From assembly GCA_950097015.1 (NCBI GenBank), contig CATNEN010000034.1, forward strand, positions 4,588,001 through 4,652,000: 64,000 bases of DNA, read 5' to 3'. Under the pieces are notes generated by a model. The model made no database searches. It worked only from the letters and a program-made list of their open reading frames with translations, and was not told the origin of the DNA. The stretch comes from Macrostomum hystrix. Its lineage: Eukaryota; Animalia; Platyhelminthes. A program made the translations under genes and the position numbers. Shown here piece after piece: positions 61,054 through 64,000 of this stretch (positions are counted from its first letter, which is position 1; each line of letters starts with the position of its first letter).

Positions 61054-61840
61054 GTCTCATCTCTCCCCAGTCTCATCTCTCCCCTGTCTCATCTCTTCCC
61101 TCACTCATCTCTTCCCCTGTCTCGTCTCTTCCCAGTCTCATCTCTCCCCTGTCTCATCTCTTCCCTCTCTCATCTCTTCCCCTGTCTCATCTCTTCTCAG
61201 TCTCATCTCTCCCCTTGTCTCATCTCTCCCCAGTCTCATCTCTTCCCCTGTCTCATCTCTTCCCAGTCTCATCTCTCCCCTCTCTCATCTCTTCCCTCTC
61301 TCATCTCTCACCCTGTCTCATCTCTCCCCTCTCTCATCTCTCACCCTGTCTCATCTCTCCCCTGTCTCATCTCTTCTCTGTCTCATCTCTCCCCTGTCTC
61401 ATCTCTCACCCTGTCTCATCTCTCCCCTGTCTCATCTCTTCCCTCTCTCATCTCTTCCCCTGTCTCATCTCTTCCCTGTCTCATCTCTTCCCTGTCTCAT
61501 CTCTTCCCCTGTCTCATCTCTTCCCAGTCTCATCTCTCCCCTTGTCTCATCTCTCCCCAGTATCATCTCTTCCCCTGTCTCATCTCTCACCCTGTCTCAT
61601 CTCTCCCCTCTCTCATCTCTCCCCTGTCTCATCTCTCACCCTGTCTCATCTCTCCCCTGTCTCATCTCTTCCCCTGTCTCAACTCTCTCCTGTCTCATCT
61701 CTCCCCTGTCTCATCTCTCTCCTATCACATCTCTCTCCTGTCTCATCTCTCCCCTGTCTCATCTCTCCCGTATCTCATCTCTCCCCTCTCTTATCTCTCC
61801 CCTGTCAAATCTCCCCAACGTCTGATCTTCCCCTGTCTTA
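61054..61840 (+). repeat. Pyrimidine-rich minisatellite of the same family, TGTCTCATCTCT(T/C)CCC (intron 5)
   Basis: Direct reading. Confidence 0.97.
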
Positions 61841-61974
61841 TTTTTCTCTTCTTATCTCCTTGTCTTGTCATTTGTCCCATCTCCTTTTCGATATTGCTTA
61901 GTTTAGGTAGCAGGCAAAGTTCTTCTAAATCGCTCGTAGAGTTATTTACGTACGTTGCCTCGGCCTCGCCGCAG

Positions 61975-62332
61975 CTTTTTGTACTTCAAAGCAACATAAT
62001 CGCGTAGAGAGCCCCAATCTAGAGCTAAAGAATCAGGCAATCTGACAATTTATTTTTTGAACTCATTCCTATTTGTAATTTGCCTCGCCGCAGCTTTTTG
62101 TACTTCAAAGCAACATAATCGCGTAGAGAGCCCCAATCTAGAGCTAAAGAATTAGGCAATCTGACAATTTATTTTTTGAAATCATTCCCATTTGTAATTT
62201 GCCTCTCCGCAGCTTTTTGTACTTCAAAGCAACATAATCGCGTAGAGAGCCCCAATCTAGAGCTAAAGAATTAGGCAATCTGACAATTTATTTTTTGAAA
62301 TCATTCCCATTTGTAATTTGTCTCGCCCGCAG
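61975..62332 (+). repeat. Three tandem copies of a 119-120 bp unit ending in the exon-6 splice acceptor
   Basis: Units 61975-62093, 62094-62212 and 62213-62332, each ending TTTGTAATTTG(C/T)CT...CGCAG. Confidence 0.95.
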
Positions 62333-62384
62333 ATTTTTTCTCGCTTCGGAATGGTCCAGAAAATCGTCATCTTCAGCAAAAACA
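62333..62384 (+). CDS. PTBP1: PTBP coding exon 6 (52 nt; IFSRFGMVQKIVIFSKN)
   Basis: Acceptor CGCCCGCAG|ATT, donor AAACA|GTAAGC, phase 0-1. Matches PTBP1 IFSKFGTVLKIITFTKN. Confidence 0.95.
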
Positions 62385-62962
62385 GTAAGCACAGGCGGCC
62401 GGCATGCTTAAATATGCAAGGCAGAAGATGGAAAATAGAAATGAGAGAGACCCGGGGACAAGCAACCGGGGCTCTAATTGATGCGGGAAGCTGCGACAGC
62501 GGGGAATTCAATTTCTGCTTCTGCAACTGTCGCACGTCGCAACTGTGCGGGTCTGCAGGGTTAGGGCTGGGGCGGTGGGTCCCATCCCCGCCCCCCCTAC
62601 TTCTGTTCTCTAGCTGAGTTTTTTCTAACAAAAAACGCAGTTCCCGGATCCATGGGAAAGACAGTAGGTCCCCGACCGTCTCTCGGGGGTTCCCTCAGCT
62701 GCCACCCGCATCCGTGCCGGGCTCGAGTCGCTGTTAAATCCTATCCGCCCAGTCCCCGTATTCCGCCCGCCCTCCCCCGCCAGACCCACCGACATCACAA
62801 ACCCCAGCGTCGAAGAGCTCGGCTCAAGACCAGGCAATCCAGCGCGATTGATTTTCTCCTCCCCATGATTAATAATCCCTAAACCTCGGCAAAACAGCTT
62901 CCTTTCACACATCCCCCAAAATCCAATCCTCTAACCTCGGCCTCGCAAAAATCCTTTTGCAG

Positions 62963-63021
62963 ACACATTCCAGGCGCTGATTCAGATGGGCAGCACCACG
63001 GAGGCGCTGGCTGCCAAGCTG
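62963..63021 (+). CDS. PTBP1: PTBP coding exon 7 (59 nt; (N)TFQALIQMGSTTEALAAKL)
   Basis: Acceptor CCTTTTGCAG|AC, donor AAGCTG|GTGAGT, phase 1-0. Matches PTBP1 NQFQALLQY...AKL. Confidence 0.95.
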
Positions 63022-63488
63022 GTGAGTGTTGCGAGCAAACACGATGTGCCAAATTTGCAACACAGCTGCGGCTTAGCAATATTGGCGAAAATAGCGCCAC
63101 TTGAACCAGCCCGAGTAGGCCTCTAAAATCTCCTCACTGCCGCCTTCATCTGTCCCATTTTTTTCGTACCTTACGGAGTTACAAGTCTACCCATCTGAGC
63201 TCGCTGTTCATAGCGAGGCAGCACTCACACGCAAAATTATTGCTTTTTTAGTCCGCACGAAAAGGAAACGACCACTGGCTGTTACGAGCCTATATTTCGT
63301 AGTATGTATTTTTAAGAGGGTTACGAGAAGAATCCGCATTTGCCTTTTTTCCATTCCCCATTTATCTCTCTATAATTTAACTCCCATACTACCTCGTGCT
63401 ATATCTTTTTTTGTAATGCAGAAAGTTAAGCTCTGTCACTCAGTTGAATTTGCACTCGTTTAATACAAAATGCCTGCTAACTTTTTAG

Positions 63489-63663
63489 GTTTTAAACGAT
63501 CAGAATATCTACAATGGCTGTTGCACACTGCGCATCGACTTTAGCAAACTCAACACCCTCAATGTGAAATTCAACAATGAGAAAAGCCGCGACTTCACCG
63601 TCAATCGGGCGCCAGGAGACAATCCGCTGGCTTACTTTGATCCCAACTTGGCGCCGCACCTGG
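63489..63663 (+). CDS. PTBP1: PTBP coding exon 8 (end of RRM2: [37 protein letters not shown]...); gene continues beyond the window
   Basis: Acceptor CTTTTTAG|GTT, donor CTGG|GTAATA (phase 1), 175 nt. Near-identical to PTBP1 [37 protein letters not shown]. Confidence 0.97.
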
Positions 63664-63673
63664 GTAATAAAAT

Positions 63674-64000
63674 GCCGTCAGGGGTGGTGGTTGCCGTCAG
63701 GGGTGGTGGGTGCCGTCTGGGGTGGTGGGTGCCGTCTGGGGTGGTGGTTGCCGTCTGGGGTTGTGGTTACCGTCTGGGGTTGTGGTTCCCGTCTGGGGTT
63801 GTGGTTCCCGTCTGGGGTTGTGGTTGCCGTCTGGGGTGGTGGGTGCCGTCTGGGGTGGTGGGTGCCGTCTGGGGTGGTGGTTGCCGTCTGGGGTTGTGGT
63901 TACCGTCTGGGGTTGTGGTTCCCGTCTGGGGTTGTGGTTCCCGTCTGGGGTTGTGGTTGCCGTCTGGGGTGGTGGGTGCCGTCTGGGGTGGTGGGTGCCG
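63674..64000. repeat. G-rich minisatellite, 19-bp unit GCCGTCTGGGGT(G/T)GTGG(G/T)T, with a 7-unit (133 bp) higher-order period; runs off the window
   Basis: Direct reading; the ACCG variant recurs at 63769 and 63902. Confidence 0.97.

Noticed and set aside
58687-61901. Ser/Leu/Pro-rich ORFs (228, 278, 228 aa)
   Set aside because: Translations of the CU-rich arrays inside PTBP introns.

Overview
Eukaryotic (metazoan) genomic DNA, not prokaryotic. The only coding sequence I can support is the 5' half of a polypyrimidine tract-binding protein gene (PTBP/hephaestus family) on the + strand. Eight GT-AG coding exons (49125-49478, 55185-55280, 55778-55930, 59450-59584, 60533-60667, 62333-62384, 62963-63021, 63489-63663) splice in frame to give a Q/A-rich N-terminal extension, the bipartite NLS, RRM1 and RRM2; the gene runs off the right edge. 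The rest is non-coding. It holds about 19 tandem arrays (mostly 12-39 bp units, roughly a quarter of the window by my hand count) and at least 7 full or partial copies of one tRNA-derived SINE family. There is also a possible LTR remnant and a ~24 kb stretch with no long arrays upstream of the gene. Nearly all long ORFs in the supplied track are artefacts of stop-free repeat units. The most interesting signal is inside PTBP itself: two CU-rich (PTB-site-like) minisatellites sit upstream of internal exons, the exon-6 acceptor has been tandemly copied into stop-generating decoys, and skipping the 52-nt exon 6 gives an immediate stop. Together these suggest a repeat-built autoregulatory splicing/NMD switch (inference, untested). 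The species is not determinable here; the repeat landscape reminds me of macrostomid flatworms, but that is only an impression.
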